DNA of 63,841 nt, the filler included, from Bacteroidales bacterium (GTDB lineage: Bacteria; Bacteroidota; Bacteroidia; Bacteroidales; CAIWKO01): assembly GCA_035389045.1 (NCBI GenBank). It is 3 parts of 3 records of this genome, joined end to end, with 100 filler letters (N's around TTAATTAATTAA, not from the genome) between each part and the next. Parts side by side here need not be neighbours in the genome. Positions count along the whole stretch, not along the records: positions 1 to 26,629 come from DAOORA010000062.1; positions 26,730 to 53,348 come from DAOORA010000063.1; 1 more part is not named here. One strand, 5' to 3'. The notes under the pieces are model-generated. The model was not told the DNA's origin, ran no database searches, and worked only from the letters and a program-made list of their open reading frames with translations. Below are positions 19,210-29,988 of this stretch, in pieces; the stretch's first letter is position 1; every line of letters starts with the position of its first letter. The position numbers and the translations under genes are program-made.

Positions 19210-20367
19210 ATGGATTCCCGACGTTTACATATTTTATTCATTTCAAGCTGGTATCCTAACCGCGTAAAACCGACGCTGGGTAACTTTGTTCAGAAACATG
19301 CCGAAGCCGTTTCAGCCTTTGCCGGGGTTAGCGTTCTGCATGTCTGTTATGATGAATCGTTGAAGAAATCAAGGGAAGTAATTACAGAGCAGACATCAGA
19401 AAATACATTAACCATTTATATTTATCTCAGAAAACGCCGGAATGTATTCCTGAGGTTTTACAGCTATCTGAAAGCCTATAAAGACGGATTGAATTTAGTG
19501 AAAGAGAAATACAGGACGCCCGATGTGATCCATGCCAATGTATTACTGCCCGTGGGGATGGTATTTTATTTTTTAAAATGTTTTCGCAACATCCCTCATG
19601 TCTTCACCGAACACTGGGCCGGCTACCTTCCTGAATACCCGCAGAAACTTCCATGGTATAAGAAATATGTTCTGAAAAAAATTATTAAGAACGCTGACGG
19701 AATTATCCCGGTAACGGAAAATCTGAAAAATGCCATGACAGCCCTGAATTTTAAGGGAAAATATTTTATTGTACCGAATGTAGTGGACACCCGTATTTTT
19801 GTTCCCGGAACAGGTGAACATACGTCACGGAAAAAAATCCTGCATGTGTCGTCGTCAGACGATGATCAAAAGAATATCAGCGGAACGTTAACGGCTGTAA
19901 AAATACTCTCGGAACTTCGGCAGGATTTTGAATTACATCTGGTTATTGATGGCGGTGTAGATCCTTTTGCACAAAGGGCAGAACAGCTGGGTCTTTTGAA
20001 CAGCTTTGTATTTTTTTACGGAACTCAAAAAACTACCGCAGTGGCTGAAATGATGCAACAATCTGATTTTCTTCTCCTGTTCAGCAACTATGAAAACTTC
20101 CCCTGTGTGATAGCCGAGGCCATGTCGTGCGGGCTGCCTGTGCTGACCACCTGTGTGGGCGGTATAGCCGAGCACGTCGGTGGCGGCAACGGGATACTCA
20201 TTGAAGCAGGCGACCAGGCTGCCCTTGTAGCGCAGCTGGTCAGAATACTCGACACATGCCGTTCTTACGATAAAGCAGGCATACGGGCTTATGCGGAGAA
20301 GCATTTCTCTTATGAAGTGGTCGGAAAACAATTTTTAGAAATTTATAAACAGGTACTTTGTTCTTAA
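19210..20367 (+). CDS. Glycosyltransferase family 4
   Basis: HILFISSWYP N-terminus and ENFPCVIAEAMSCGLPV (E-x7-E). Confidence 0.92.
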   Translation: MDSRRLHILFISSWYPNRVKPTLGNFVQKHAEAVSAFAGVSVLHVCYDESLKKSREVITEQTSENTLTIYIYLRKRRNVFLRFYSYLKAYKDGLNLVKEKYRTPDVIHANVLLPVGMVFYFLKCFRNIPHVFTEHWAGYLPEYPQKLPWYKKYVLKKIIKNADGIIPVTENLKNAMTALNFKGKYFIVPNVVDTRIFVPGTGEHTSRKKILHVSSSDDDQKNISGTLTAVKILSELRQDFELHLVIDGGVDPFAQRAEQLGLLNSFVFFYGTQKTTAVAEMMQQSDFLLLFSNYENFPCVIAEAMSCGLPVLTTCVGGIAEHVGGGNGILIEAGDQAALVAQLVRILDTCRSYDKAGIRAYAEKHFSYEVVGKQFLEIYKQVLCS

Positions 20368-21653
20368 AGATATTTAAAACATTCGGAGTGAGGTTGTCCT
20401 CAGCAATTATAAGTTTGCTGACCGCCGTGCTTGTTTCACGTTACCTGGGAGCCGCAGGTAAAGGCGAACAGGGAATCATCATCACCACGATAGCGCTGAT
20501 ACTGATTTTTGCCAACATCATCGGAGGCGCCTCATTGGTGTACCTCACCCCAAAATTACCCCTGAAAAAACTTCTCCTTCCCTCCTATTTGTGGAGCCTG
20601 GTTGTCAGCCTCCTTTTCGCCGGCATATTGCTGGTTTTTCCACTCGTAGAACAGCGCTATGCGGTTCATATTGCCTTACTTACCGTGATAAATTCATTTA
20701 CCGCAGTCAACACCTCCGTGCTGCTGGGCAAAGAGAATATCAGGGCGGTCAATACCATTAATTTTTCGCAGGTTGCCCTGACCATACTCGCGTTGCTCTT
20801 TTTCTTTGTTAGCGGTGTTGCTATAAATATTTACGGATATATATATTCGTTATATATCGCCTATGCAGTCACCTTTGTCATGAGCGCATTTTTTCTCAGG
20901 CCTTATTCCGGGGTACGTTCACATGCCGATACCGTTACTTACCGTAAAGCTGTGGCCTTGCTGTTTCGATATGGTTTTATGAATCAGCTGGCGCATATCA
21001 CGCAGTTGCTGAGTTTCAGGGTCAGTTACTATTTTCTGGAGTCTTATCAGGGATACGATGCTGTCGGTATTTATTCCAACGGGGTTTCCATCACCGAATC
21101 GGTGTGGATGATCAGCGGCAGCGTGGCGCTGGTGCAGTATTCAAAGATATCGAATACCTCCGACCGGAGCTTCAGTCAGCATCTGAGCGCTGAACTTCTT
21201 CGCATCAGCTTCCTGCTGTCATTTTTTGTATTAATACCACTGGTGTTACTGCCCGGCTCATTTTATGCCTTTATTTTTGGAAAAGACTTCAGCGATATCA
21301 ACCGAATAATGTGGCTGCTGGCCCCGGGGGTGCTGGTTTTTGTCAATGCGCTCATCCTGGGACATTATTTTTCGGGTACCGGAAAATATTATGTCAACAG
21401 CATCGGTTCGGCCATTGGTCTGGCGGTCACGCTGGTGCTGTCCATGATCTTCATACCACTGCTTGGTTATCTCGGTGCAGCGCTGACAGCCAGCATTTCT
21501 TACCTGGCCACATCCATTTTTGTGACCGTTTATTTCTGCCGTGAGTCGAAAATAGGCTTTACGGAACTGTTGCCCTTGCCGAAATATTTTTCAGGATATT
21601 ATTTTTCTTTAAAACAATATCTTTGCAGAAACAAAGCAGAGCGGAATGAATAA
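20358..21653 (+). CDS. Polysaccharide flippase (Wzx/MOP superfamily)
   Basis: About 12 TM segments, SRYLGAAGKG, VGIYS; lies between glycan genes. Confidence 0.85.
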   Translation: MFLKIFKTFGVRLSSAIISLLTAVLVSRYLGAAGKGEQGIIITTIALILIFANIIGGASLVYLTPKLPLKKLLLPSYLWSLVVSLLFAGILLVFPLVEQRYAVHIALLTVINSFTAVNTSVLLGKENIRAVNTINFSQVALTILALLFFFVSGVAINIYGYIYSLYIAYAVTFVMSAFFLRPYSGVRSHADTVTYRKAVALLFRYGFMNQLAHITQLLSFRVSYYFLESYQGYDAVGIYSNGVSITESVWMISGSVALVQYSKISNTSDRSFSQHLSAELLRISFLLSFFVLIPLVLLPGSFYAFIFGKDFSDINRIMWLLAPGVLVFVNALILGHYFSGTGKYYVNSIGSAIGLAVTLVLSMIFIPLLGYLGAALTASISYLATSIFVTVYFCRESKIGFTELLPLPKYFSGYYFSLKQYLCRNKAERNE

Positions 21654-22449
21654 GATCATAAAAGTTTTCACGGCGCTGGGGCTGATCATGCGCAAGCCAT
21701 ACCTGCTCAACCACATCATTGATGATGAACAGGTGAAACAAAACTATGTTTCCCGGAAGTATAAGCTGGGCGGCGGCTTACCTGTTGTTGACCTTACTGA
21801 ATTTGTCCCTGCTGAAGAAGAAATTTTTCCATACAGTTTTCTGGAAGGTTCATCCTTACCGACAGATTTTGCTTTGTTACGTGGTATTTGCCGCAAAAAC
21901 AAGGTGGAGGACTATCTTGAGATCGGCACCTGGCGCGGCGAGAGCATTGCCAATGTGGCGCCCATGGTGAACAATTGCACTACGATCAATCTTCCTGATG
22001 AGGTGATGAGAAAGGCTGGGTTGGATGAAGCCTATATCGGTATGCACCGTTTTTTTTCAAAAGACCTACCTAACGTGACCCATATTCAGGCTGATTCGAT
22101 GACATTCGATTTCAATTCCCTGCATAAAAAATTTGACCTGATCTTTCTTGACGGCGATCACCATACAGAGGCTGTGGCCAGCGATACGCGTAATGCTTTC
22201 CGTCTGCTGAAAGATGAAAATTCAGTGATCGTATGGCACGATTACGGGCTGGGCACCGAAACACCCCGCTATAATGTGTTTTCGGGTATTCTCGATGGCT
22301 GCCCGGAGGAGTGTATCCCGCATCTGTACCATGTCTCCAATACACTGTGCGCGATTTATTCCCGCAAGAAATTGCCTAGGTCATTTACCGTACCTAATTC
22401 AGCGCCAAAGTTTACGTTTGCCTTAAATATTCAAACCAGGCCTTGTTGA
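21646..22449 (+). CDS. Class I SAM-dependent methyltransferase (Methyltransf_24-like)
   Basis: LEIGTWRGES, FDLIFLDGDH, VWHDY. Confidence 0.88.
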   Translation: MNKIIKVFTALGLIMRKPYLLNHIIDDEQVKQNYVSRKYKLGGGLPVVDLTEFVPAEEEIFPYSFLEGSSLPTDFALLRGICRKNKVEDYLEIGTWRGESIANVAPMVNNCTTINLPDEVMRKAGLDEAYIGMHRFFSKDLPNVTHIQADSMTFDFNSLHKKFDLIFLDGDHHTEAVASDTRNAFRLLKDENSVIVWHDYGLGTETPRYNVFSGILDGCPEECIPHLYHVSNTLCAIYSRKKLPRSFTVPNSAPKFTFALNIQTRPC

Positions 22450-22499
22450 TTGGAAAAAAATTCTGATTACTTTTACATGCTTTAAATGCGTACATCACT

Positions 22500-24572
22500 A
22501 TGAAGGTGTTGAATGATAAAAACTCCGGCCGTCTTTCGTATCTTTACAAGACAGTGTTTTTTGCAGGCGCTGTACTTCTGATTGTTGCTTTATTTCCTAA
22601 ACAATACAAATTCAAATATCATTTTACTCAGGATAAACCCTGGATGTACGAAGACCTGATCGCTCCGTTTGATTTTACCATCAACAAAACCAAAGAAGAA
22701 ATAAACAGTGAAAAGGAAAAGGTTATCAGGGAAAGCATCCCGTACTTCATTTTTGATAAGAATATTGTACATGAAAAACGAAACTTGCTGGCGAAAAAAA
22801 TTAATACGGATAACAGAGCAGAAAGCCCTGATACCAAACAAAAAATGTTGAATGTATGCCTTGCCGTTTTCGACTCGGTTTATAAAAAGGGTATACTTCG
22901 TTTTAATGACATGCTCAGGAATAAGGAAAAGAATTTTAATGTTTATGTGGTGTGCGATAATGTGGCTGAAAAGAAGACCCTCGGCGATCTGTACACATTG
23001 CGCGAAGCACATCAATACATAATAAATCAGTTGAACAGCATCGCTGGTTATGATAAAAACGATCTGCTTAACCTGATCGAAAGTGTGTTAATTCAAAATG
23101 TCACGTATAGCCCGGGATATACCAATCAGGATAAGTATGCGGCCATACAAAATATATCCTCCACCAAAGGATATGTGCAAAAAAATGAACGTATCATCTC
23201 CAAAGGCGAGTTGATCAATGCCAATCATTATCAGATACTCCAATCCCTGAAAGAACAATATGAAGGCAAGTCCGGAGGCATTCATAGTTATTATTTTCTT
23301 TTGCTGGGACAGGTCATACTGATTTCCATTGCCATCATCATGCTGGTATTGTTTCTGATGAATTTCCGTGCGGATATCATCGCCGATAATAAAAAGACAC
23401 TGCTCATACTTTCCGTGCTGTTGCTGGTGATCCTCTCAGCCAGCATACTGATCAGGAGGTACGGCAACGAATATATCTATGTGCTCCCGCTTTGTATTGT
23501 GCCTTTGATGATACGTACTTTTTATGATACCCGGCTGGCCCTGTTTGTGCATCTGATAAGTATTATCCTCATAGGATTCCTCGTCCCCGACGGATTTGAG
23601 TTTATCTTTCTGCAGCTTATTGCAGGTATTGTGACCATCATCAGCATAGTACGACTTGAAAAACGTTCGCAGTTTTTTATGACGTCCCTCTATATTTTTT
23701 GTACGTATTCCCTGATCTATATCGGTATGACTTTGATGCAGTCTGGGAGTTATAAAGATATTGCCTCACAGAACTTCATGTATTTTGCCTTCAACTCAGC
23801 GCTGACACTCATTGCCTATCCTCTGATCGTAGTATATGAAAAGATATTCGGCTATGTGACCAATGTTTCGCTGCTTGAGTATTCCAATACCAACAACTCA
23901 CTTCTGAGAGCGCTATCCCAAAAGGCTCCGGGCACTTTTCAACATTCAATACAGGTGGCCAACCTGGCCGAGGAAGCGGCACACCGTATCGGCGCCAATG
24001 CTTTGCTGGTGAGGGCAGGAGCCATGTTTCACGATGTGGGAAAAATAGACAATCCTGTTTATTTTATCGAAAACCAGTTAAGTGAAAACAATCCTCACGA
24101 AAAACTCAGTTTTGATCAAAGCGCAAAAATAATTGTTGGCCATGTGGAAAAGGGTATTATCATTGCACGAAAATACGGAATACCCGAACAGATCGTTGAT
24201 TTTATCAGGACTCATCACGGGACTAAACGGGCTGAATATTTCTACCGTTTATACAAAAAGCAGGATACCAAAAATATTGATGAATCTGTTTTTAATTATC
24301 CGGGGCCGGTGCCGTTCACCAAAGAAACCGCCCTGTTGATGATGGCCGACTCGGTGGAGGCGGCCACGCGAAGCCTGAAAAAACCCGATAAACAATCCAT
24401 TGACGACCTGGTTGATACAATCATTGACGAACTGATAGCATGCAGGCAGATGAAACATGCCAGTATCACCATGAAAGATATTACCCGTGTGAAGTCTGTC
24501 CTGAAAAACCGCCTGGTCAGTATGCATCATATCCGGATAGAGTACCCTGAAAAAAATAATAACAGTGAATAG
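22500..24572 (+). CDS. 7TM-HD (HDIG) phosphohydrolase, PgpH-like cyclic dinucleotide phosphodiesterase
   Basis: Extracellular domain plus 7 TM; APGTFQHS, FHDVGK, THHGT, MADSVEAA. Confidence 0.92.
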   Translation: MKVLNDKNSGRLSYLYKTVFFAGAVLLIVALFPKQYKFKYHFTQDKPWMYEDLIAPFDFTINKTKEEINSEKEKVIRESIPYFIFDKNIVHEKRNLLAKKINTDNRAESPDTKQKMLNVCLAVFDSVYKKGILRFNDMLRNKEKNFNVYVVCDNVAEKKTLGDLYTLREAHQYIINQLNSIAGYDKNDLLNLIESVLIQNVTYSPGYTNQDKYAAIQNISSTKGYVQKNERIISKGELINANHYQILQSLKEQYEGKSGGIHSYYFLLLGQVILISIAIIMLVLFLMNFRADIIADNKKTLLILSVLLLVILSASILIRRYGNEYIYVLPLCIVPLMIRTFYDTRLALFVHLISIILIGFLVPDGFEFIFLQLIAGIVTIISIVRLEKRSQFFMTSLYIFCTYSLIYIGMTLMQSGSYKDIASQNFMYFAFNSALTLIAYPLIVVYEKIFGYVTNVSLLEYSNTNNSLLRALSQKAPGTFQHSIQVANLAEEAAHRIGANALLVRAGAMFHDVGKIDNPVYFIENQLSENNPHEKLSFDQSAKIIVGHVEKGIIIARKYGIPEQIVDFIRTHHGTKRAEYFYRLYKKQDTKNIDESVFNYPGPVPFTKETALLMMADSVEAATRSLKKPDKQSIDDLVDTIIDELIACRQMKHASITMKDITRVKSVLKNRLVSMHHIRIEYPEKNNNSE

Positions 24573-24675
24573 AGACCATCTGTGATATGAGTGAATGTCA
24601 TACTGTCGGTTGCCTGTCGGGCATAGTATTACGTAATGCTTGCAATAAAACTCGTGTTTGCAAAAAGGGATTTAC

Positions 24676-25287
24676 TTATATTCCCTGCGCAATTGTTCTG
24701 ATGTAATCCCTGCTTTCCGGCCCGCAGTTGAACAGCAGGTCGATGATGCTCAGGTTGGCAATAAAACCATATTTTATATCAAACACCTGTGTATAAATAG
24801 GGAAAATAAGTTCTGAAGTAGCTTTTGGAGTAATACTGTAGCGATGGTCGCCAGAGTCATATGATTTATGATAGACCTCCGAATAGGTAATTGGTTTGTC
24901 GTACCTGATCAACCGCAGACATTCTGCTATCAGGTCATGATTGAATTCGATGAGCCATTTGTAGTGCAAGCTGAAGTACTTTTCGAAGTTATCGCGATAG
25001 TATAAAAAATATGCCGATTTGTTGTATGCTGCTGTGATAGCTCGCCAATGTATTTTATTCCATGACGTTGTATAAGCAATTTTTACATCTTTGACCGGCA
25101 GGCGCGGACTCCTGCAGTGTTCAAGCGGAATGATGAGGTTTAGTCGGCCGTTGGCAGAATAAATACAGCAACGGTTTCTATAGGTCTGTTTTATAAAATT
25201 CTCGCAGCCTTCAATGACGATATTGTCCGATTTTGAAGCGTAAACAAAAAACTCTACAGGGGGCAGATATGCCGTAGTAAAGATCAT
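24676..25287 (-). CDS. WbqC-like family protein
   Basis: KQTYRNRC, AYNKS, YTQVF...GFIANLSIIDLLFNCGPES. Confidence 0.9.
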   Translation of the reverse strand: MIFTTAYLPPVEFFVYASKSDNIVIEGCENFIKQTYRNRCCIYSANGRLNLIIPLEHCRSPRLPVKDVKIAYTTSWNKIHWRAITAAYNKSAYFLYYRDNFEKYFSLHYKWLIEFNHDLIAECLRLIRYDKPITYSEVYHKSYDSGDHRYSITPKATSELIFPIYTQVFDIKYGFIANLSIIDLLFNCGPESRDYIRTIAQGI

Positions 25288-25447
25288 AGAAAAAATTTTA
25301 TCACAAATTTCTATAAATTATCGACAAACATACAATTTTTGATAAAAAAGCATCGTTTACCGGATATGCTGTGACTAAAAAGTTATTAAATTAACTAATT
25401 ATTCTCTATGGAGAAATAAATACACGAACCCATAAAAAACCTGTATT

Positions 25448-26329
25448 ATGAAAAAACTTTGTGTTGTGTTCTTTTCACTGGTTTTAAGTTCATGTATTTA
25501 TGCCGGTGAAACAAATTCTTTTTCCCTTTATGATGCGCTCCAGCAAAAACTGGTCATGGTCGTGATTAAGGGCCGCGGCACAACATCCGACAATACCAGC
25601 GCTCATTACGGAAAATGTATCTCCCTGAATGTGAAGAATATATGTTCAAAAAAACTTGAGTTAAAACTCGAAGCGGGACGTAAGCTGAAATGTTACAAAG
25701 ATTCAGTCCAGACGATGATGGTATCACAGACAGAAATTTTCGCCCTGGCTCCGGGAAATACCTGTGATTTTACGATAAATGCATTTTGTACCAGGAAGTC
25801 CAGCGCATCTCCGGGCAGCAGAAATGTTTTCAATATGCAGGATATGGCGGGAGGATATTTACTGGAACTGACACAACTGATCGAATCCTTGGGCTGCCAG
25901 GATAATATGGGCCAGCAAGCCGTGTGGGCCATTACCGACGGTGTTTCCCCCGAAAACATCAAAGGCGGTGATCCTTCGAAAGCTAAAAAACTGAAGGATT
26001 TCGTCGAATTTGCCATAAAAAGGATAAAGTCCGACCAAATCGGAGGCTATATCTATGATTATTCATTCCCCGATAAGACCAGCGAAGGCTATAAAATTGC
26101 CGGCGAAATAAACTGGGATATGCCTTACAGCGGAACAGTCACCCTGTCGGTATATGACAATAAAGGGAAGAAAATGCTCGACATTTTTACCGGAGTTCCA
26201 TACAACAGCGGATTCCAGTCTTATGATTATAAGCTCGCCAACACTATTTTCAGGGAAGGTGAAACGTACTGGCTTAAAGTGGTGTCCGGAGGGCAATGGC
26301 TCAAAGAGGTAGCCATTACCATGAAATAA
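25448..26329 (+). CDS. Exported hypothetical protein with C-terminal Ig/FlgD-like domain
   Basis: Signal peptide, AFC...P and QQAVW motifs, C-terminal VTLSVYDNKGKK...YWLKV. Confidence 0.7.
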   Translation: MKKLCVVFFSLVLSSCIYAGETNSFSLYDALQQKLVMVVIKGRGTTSDNTSAHYGKCISLNVKNICSKKLELKLEAGRKLKCYKDSVQTMMVSQTEIFALAPGNTCDFTINAFCTRKSSASPGSRNVFNMQDMAGGYLLELTQLIESLGCQDNMGQQAVWAITDGVSPENIKGGDPSKAKKLKDFVEFAIKRIKSDQIGGYIYDYSFPDKTSEGYKIAGEINWDMPYSGTVTLSVYDNKGKKMLDIFTGVPYNSGFQSYDYKLANTIFREGETYWLKVVSGGQWLKEVAITMK

Positions 26330-26629
26330 TATAAAGATGATACGCGTTTGCATTCTAAAACCAAGGTTGGGGGAATTATTTAAATGTTGCTTCATACCTT
26401 AACCGTTGCATCCCTTTTAAACGGCATTTTTTCCACCTCTCATTACTCCCTGCATATTGAATCAGGCGCCTTATATTATTCTGCACAATAGACGAATCTT
26501 TGGGCTAAATCCTTTTTGAGGTGTTTCTTTTAAGTGCAAAATCAAAACTATATGCAATTCTTTTAAAAAGCGCGGACTTAGAAACTGTTTTGATTTTATG
26601 TTACATAAGATTTATGATGGATTTTTTAG

Positions 26630-26729
26630 NNNNNNNNNNNNNNNNNNNNNNNNNNNNNNNNNNNNNNNNNNNNTTAATTAATTAANNNNNNNNNNNNNNN
26701 NNNNNNNNNNNNNNNNNNNNNNNNNNNNN
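26630..26729. other. Artificial contig linker (N run + TTAATTAATTAA + N run)
   Basis: 100-nt spacer carrying stops in all six frames. Confidence 0.97.
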
Positions 26730-26802
26730 AACCAAAATTTGGGCTATTTTTGATCCGAAATTTTTTGCATGCGGATTTAAGGCACACCAAAATCTATACA
26801 GG

Positions 26803-27480
26803 ATGGTCGACGTCGAAACATTATTTTCCATATCTTACGGGCTGTATATTGTAACTTCGGGTAATAAAGACATAGGCAACGGATATATTTCAAATACTGT
26901 TTTTCAAGTCACTTCAGAGCCTCCGCGTTTTGCTACCTGCTGTAATAAAAACAATTATACATCAGAGATCATGAAAGACAGCGGTAATTTTGCTGTCGCC
27001 ATATTGCATACCGGAACATCATCTGAAATCTTCAGTCGTTTTGGGTATACCAGTGGTAAAGACATGGATAAATTCAACGGTCTGACCATAAAACACGGTA
27101 AAACAGGAGTCCCCATCGTGATAAACGACATCATCGCATTTCTGGAATGTAAAATAACCAGTACTTTTGATGTTGGAACCCACCTGTTGTTCATCGGCGA
27201 CCTTGTTCAGACAGAAATGATCGACAGCACAAAAGAACCGATGACATACCGCTACTACCGGCAGGTAAAAAAAGGCAGATCGCCCAAAAATGCGCCTACC
27301 TATGTTCAGGAATCACAGGAAGAAAAAAATGCCCTTCCGGGCTTATCAAAAAAATACAAATGTTGTATCTGCGGATATATTTACGACGATAGTACCGAAG
27401 CCATAAAATTCGATGATCTTCCCAATGAATGGGTTTGCCCGCTATGCGGCGCCACGAAAAAAGAATTTATAGAAGTTTAA
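26803..27480 (+). CDS. Flavin reductase-rubredoxin fusion (high-molecular-weight rubredoxin)
   Basis: SYGLYIVTS...[10 protein letters not shown] flavin reductase domain; C-terminal CCICGYIYD...WVCPLCG rubredoxin. Confidence 0.92.
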   Translation: MVDVETLFSISYGLYIVTSGNKDIGNGYISNTVFQVTSEPPRFATCCNKNNYTSEIMKDSGNFAVAILHTGTSSEIFSRFGYTSGKDMDKFNGLTIKHGKTGVPIVINDIIAFLECKITSTFDVGTHLLFIGDLVQTEMIDSTKEPMTYRYYRQVKKGRSPKNAPTYVQESQEEKNALPGLSKKYKCCICGYIYDDSTEAIKFDDLPNEWVCPLCGATKKEFIEV

Positions 27481-27498
27481 CAACCAAAAAAATATAGT

Positions 27499-28077
27499 AT
27501 GTCAACATCATTAAAAGGAACACAAACAGAACAGAACCTGTTGAAATCATTTGCCGGCGAATCGCAGGCACGTAACCGTTACGATTTTTTTGCAAGCGTT
27601 GCCCGTAAAGAAGGTTACGAACAAATAGCCAATATTTTCACTGAAACGGCTTTGCAGGAAAAAGAACATGCCAAGCGATTTTTCAAATTTCTGGAAGGTG
27701 GAATGGTAGAGATTACAGCAAGCTACCCTGCAGGAAAAATCGGAACCACCATGGAAAACCTGAAAGCATCGGCCGAAGGCGAACATGAAGAATGGACGGA
27801 CCTGTACCCGCATTTTGCCGAAGTGGCCCAGCAGGAGGGATTTACCGAAATTGCAACCGCTTTTAAAATGATTGCCAAAGTGGAAGCCGAACACGAAAAA
27901 CGTTACCTGAAACTGCTGCAAAACCTTTCTGAAGATAAAGTCTTTATGAAAGACGGGAAAGTATGGTGGAAATGCCTGAACTGCGGGTATGTTTATGAAT
28001 CGGCCAAAGCTTTTGAAACCTGCCCTGCCTGTCTGCACCCGAAATCATTCATGCAGATAAAAGAAGAAAATTATTGA
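27499..28077 (+). CDS. rbr: Rubrerythrin
   Basis: FAGESQARNRY, EKEHAKRF, EHEE, EAEHEKRY; C-terminal WKCLNCG...CPACLHP. Confidence 0.96.
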   Translation: MSTSLKGTQTEQNLLKSFAGESQARNRYDFFASVARKEGYEQIANIFTETALQEKEHAKRFFKFLEGGMVEITASYPAGKIGTTMENLKASAEGEHEEWTDLYPHFAEVAQQEGFTEIATAFKMIAKVEAEHEKRYLKLLQNLSEDKVFMKDGKVWWKCLNCGYVYESAKAFETCPACLHPKSFMQIKEENY

Positions 28078-28084
28078 TCATCTA

Positions 28085-28340
28085 CCATTCGTAGTACGAC
28101 TTAAGCAGTAACACCCTGGTAACGATTGTTAAGTCGTGCTACGAATGGGATAGAAAATTACGACCATCACCCATTCGTAGTACGACTTAAGCAGTATTAC
28201 CCAGGTAACAATCGTTAAGTCGTGCTACGAATGGGGTTAAATTACTGTCCAGCTATCCATTCGTAGTGCGACTTAACCAGTAGTACCCAGATAACAATTG
28301 GTAAGTCGTGCTACGAATGGGGTTTCTCGTGCTACGAATG
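28085..28340. repeat. Three tandem REPIN-like units (64 nt, ~20-nt inverted arms with GTAG/CTAC, 86-nt period) plus a half-site
   Basis: ccattcGTAGtacgacttaa-N24-ttaagtcgtgCTACgaatgg at 28085, 28171 and 28257; extra arm at 28327-28340; between convergent genes. Confidence 0.88.
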
Positions 28341-28342
28341 AG

Positions 28343-29347
28343 TTAAATTGACTTTGATAGTGCTTTGAAAAAAGCCTCTTCCCTGTCAGCTTGTTTATCA
28401 ATGAGTTTTCCGAGTTCGAGGAGATGTTCTCTTTCAAAATCACGGTTACGTCCAAGACGTGCTGCATACAACGAAACCCCGCGCCAGTTGTCGCCGATCT
28501 CCATCATCTGCTTCGAAAAGTCGTTAAGCGCCGGTTTTTCAAGTATTTCGGCAGCCTTTTTCAGGAAGGTGGCATACATAAAACGGAAGCCTGCACCGCC
28601 GGTACCCTGATCTTCCAGCAGCACATTGATCTTGGAAAGCTGATGAGAAAGGTCTTCGGAGTTGATAGCAAGTTTAGGCCATTCAACAATATGCCTCCCG
28701 AACCTGCGCATACCTTTTACGCCCAAAAAAGGAATAGGAATTTTCAGCATATAAAAACAGGCCTTTTTAATACCTTTATGCACTGCTTTCGGCCAATCAA
28801 ATTCTTTCGGAATAAATTCAGGATAAAATAAAAATCCCTCCGGCGCCATATTACCACCCGCAAACCGTCCTTTCATCAAGGACTGTTCATCAAGTTCCAC
28901 AATTTTGGGATGGTAACAATCGCTGATCAGGTAATTATTGCCATTTTTCCCGACCACATTAATAAAATGCACATTTATATGTACTCTGAGGTATTGCGGA
29001 AGGTACTCCATAAAAAAGAAATCAACCTGCACCGCCACAGGAATTCCTTTTTCAAGGATTTTATCAAGTCCTGCCTGCGCCTTTTCGGGGGTTTTGAATG
29101 ATTCGGCATGAAATTTTATGCCGAGCCGGTCGCTTAGGTTCTTTCGTATCTGTCCGGGTTTGTTCCTGACAATAAAAGTCGGGAAGGCAAAGCGGGAGTT
29201 ATTAAAATATCCGAAAAATATGCCGCTGCCAATGCCAAACACCAATGATTCAGGAATAGTAAGTCCGTGAAAAGCCAGTTGTGAACTCAGGGTGCCCGTT
29301 TCGCAATGGGCCGACATGCGGTGTTCAAATGGAATAGTTACATTCAT
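28343..29347 (-). CDS. BtrH N-terminal/DUF4872 papain-like acyltransferase or peptidase (copy 1)
   Basis: SAHCETG Cys, HINVH His, YLISD Asp, QGTGGAGFRFMYA. Confidence 0.85.
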   Translation of the reverse strand: MNVTIPFEHRMSAHCETGTLSSQLAFHGLTIPESLVFGIGSGIFFGYFNNSRFAFPTFIVRNKPGQIRKNLSDRLGIKFHAESFKTPEKAQAGLDKILEKGIPVAVQVDFFFMEYLPQYLRVHINVHFINVVGKNGNNYLISDCYHPKIVELDEQSLMKGRFAGGNMAPEGFLFYPEFIPKEFDWPKAVHKGIKKACFYMLKIPIPFLGVKGMRRFGRHIVEWPKLAINSEDLSHQLSKINVLLEDQGTGGAGFRFMYATFLKKAAEILEKPALNDFSKQMMEIGDNWRGVSLYAARLGRNRDFEREHLLELGKLIDKQADREEAFFKALSKSI

Positions 29348-29859
29348 TGGGTTCTCTCCTCAGTTTTAGTGACTACCATCAGTGGATTCTCAGTTTTCTG
29401 CTGAATAACCCTGACCTTATCTTTACGCGCCTCATCCTCAAAATAAAAATGATAGTTCGGGTTCAGTCCGCTTGAGGTTTCGATGATTTGAAAAAAATTA
29501 GCGACAGGCACGTCGAAAGCTTTGGCATATTTCTCCAGATCGCTCACATGGGTTTTTCTGAATCCTTCAGGTTTCAGGTGTTTCTTTACCCTTACCTTGC
29601 ACACTCCCGACCGGTCAGCCAGCTCAGCGACAGTCATTTCCTCAAGCACCATGTAATATTGAACAGGGCTGATTTCGCCCTTGAGCAACTGCGCCCTGAG
29701 CGTTTTTTCCAAATGACTTTTCTTAAACCAGAAATCATCCAGTTCATTTTCGATCATGTATGAGCCGCCTTCAACAGGACCGTAAGAGCCATCCTCTTTC
29801 TCGGCATAAAATATATACTTTTTGACTTTGTAATCGTGGATCACATCTTTTTCTTTCAT
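29344..29859 (-). CDS. Hypothetical HTH-like protein of flexirubin/APE-type clusters (copy 1)
   Basis: GEISPVQYYM...LADRSG...VKKHLKP...LEKYAKAF; paralog of 45886-46320. Confidence 0.7.
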   Translation of the reverse strand: MKEKDVIHDYKVKKYIFYAEKEDGSYGPVEGGSYMIENELDDFWFKKSHLEKTLRAQLLKGEISPVQYYMVLEEMTVAELADRSGVCKVRVKKHLKPEGFRKTHVSDLEKYAKAFDVPVANFFQIIETSSGLNPNYHFYFEDEARKDKVRVIQQKTENPLMVVTKTEERTQ

Positions 29860-29988
29860 GAAAATTTTTTTTCAAAATTAAGAAACTGTTTTGAATTACG
29901 ATTACATATTTGTTACCGTGATGATTTTCAACTTCTTCCACCCAAAGGTTGACCCCAGGACTACGCCAGGCAGCGGGTTGTTAACAAT

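Noticed and set aside
26630..26729. TTAATTAATTAA palindrome as a biological site, and linkage across the gaps
   Set aside because: It is an identical artificial spacer at both gaps (also 53349-53448), so gene adjacency across it is uninformative.
28085..28340. Possible CRISPR array
   Set aside because: Units are 64-nt inverted-arm elements whose loops and linkers resemble each other. There are no unique spacers and no cas genes.
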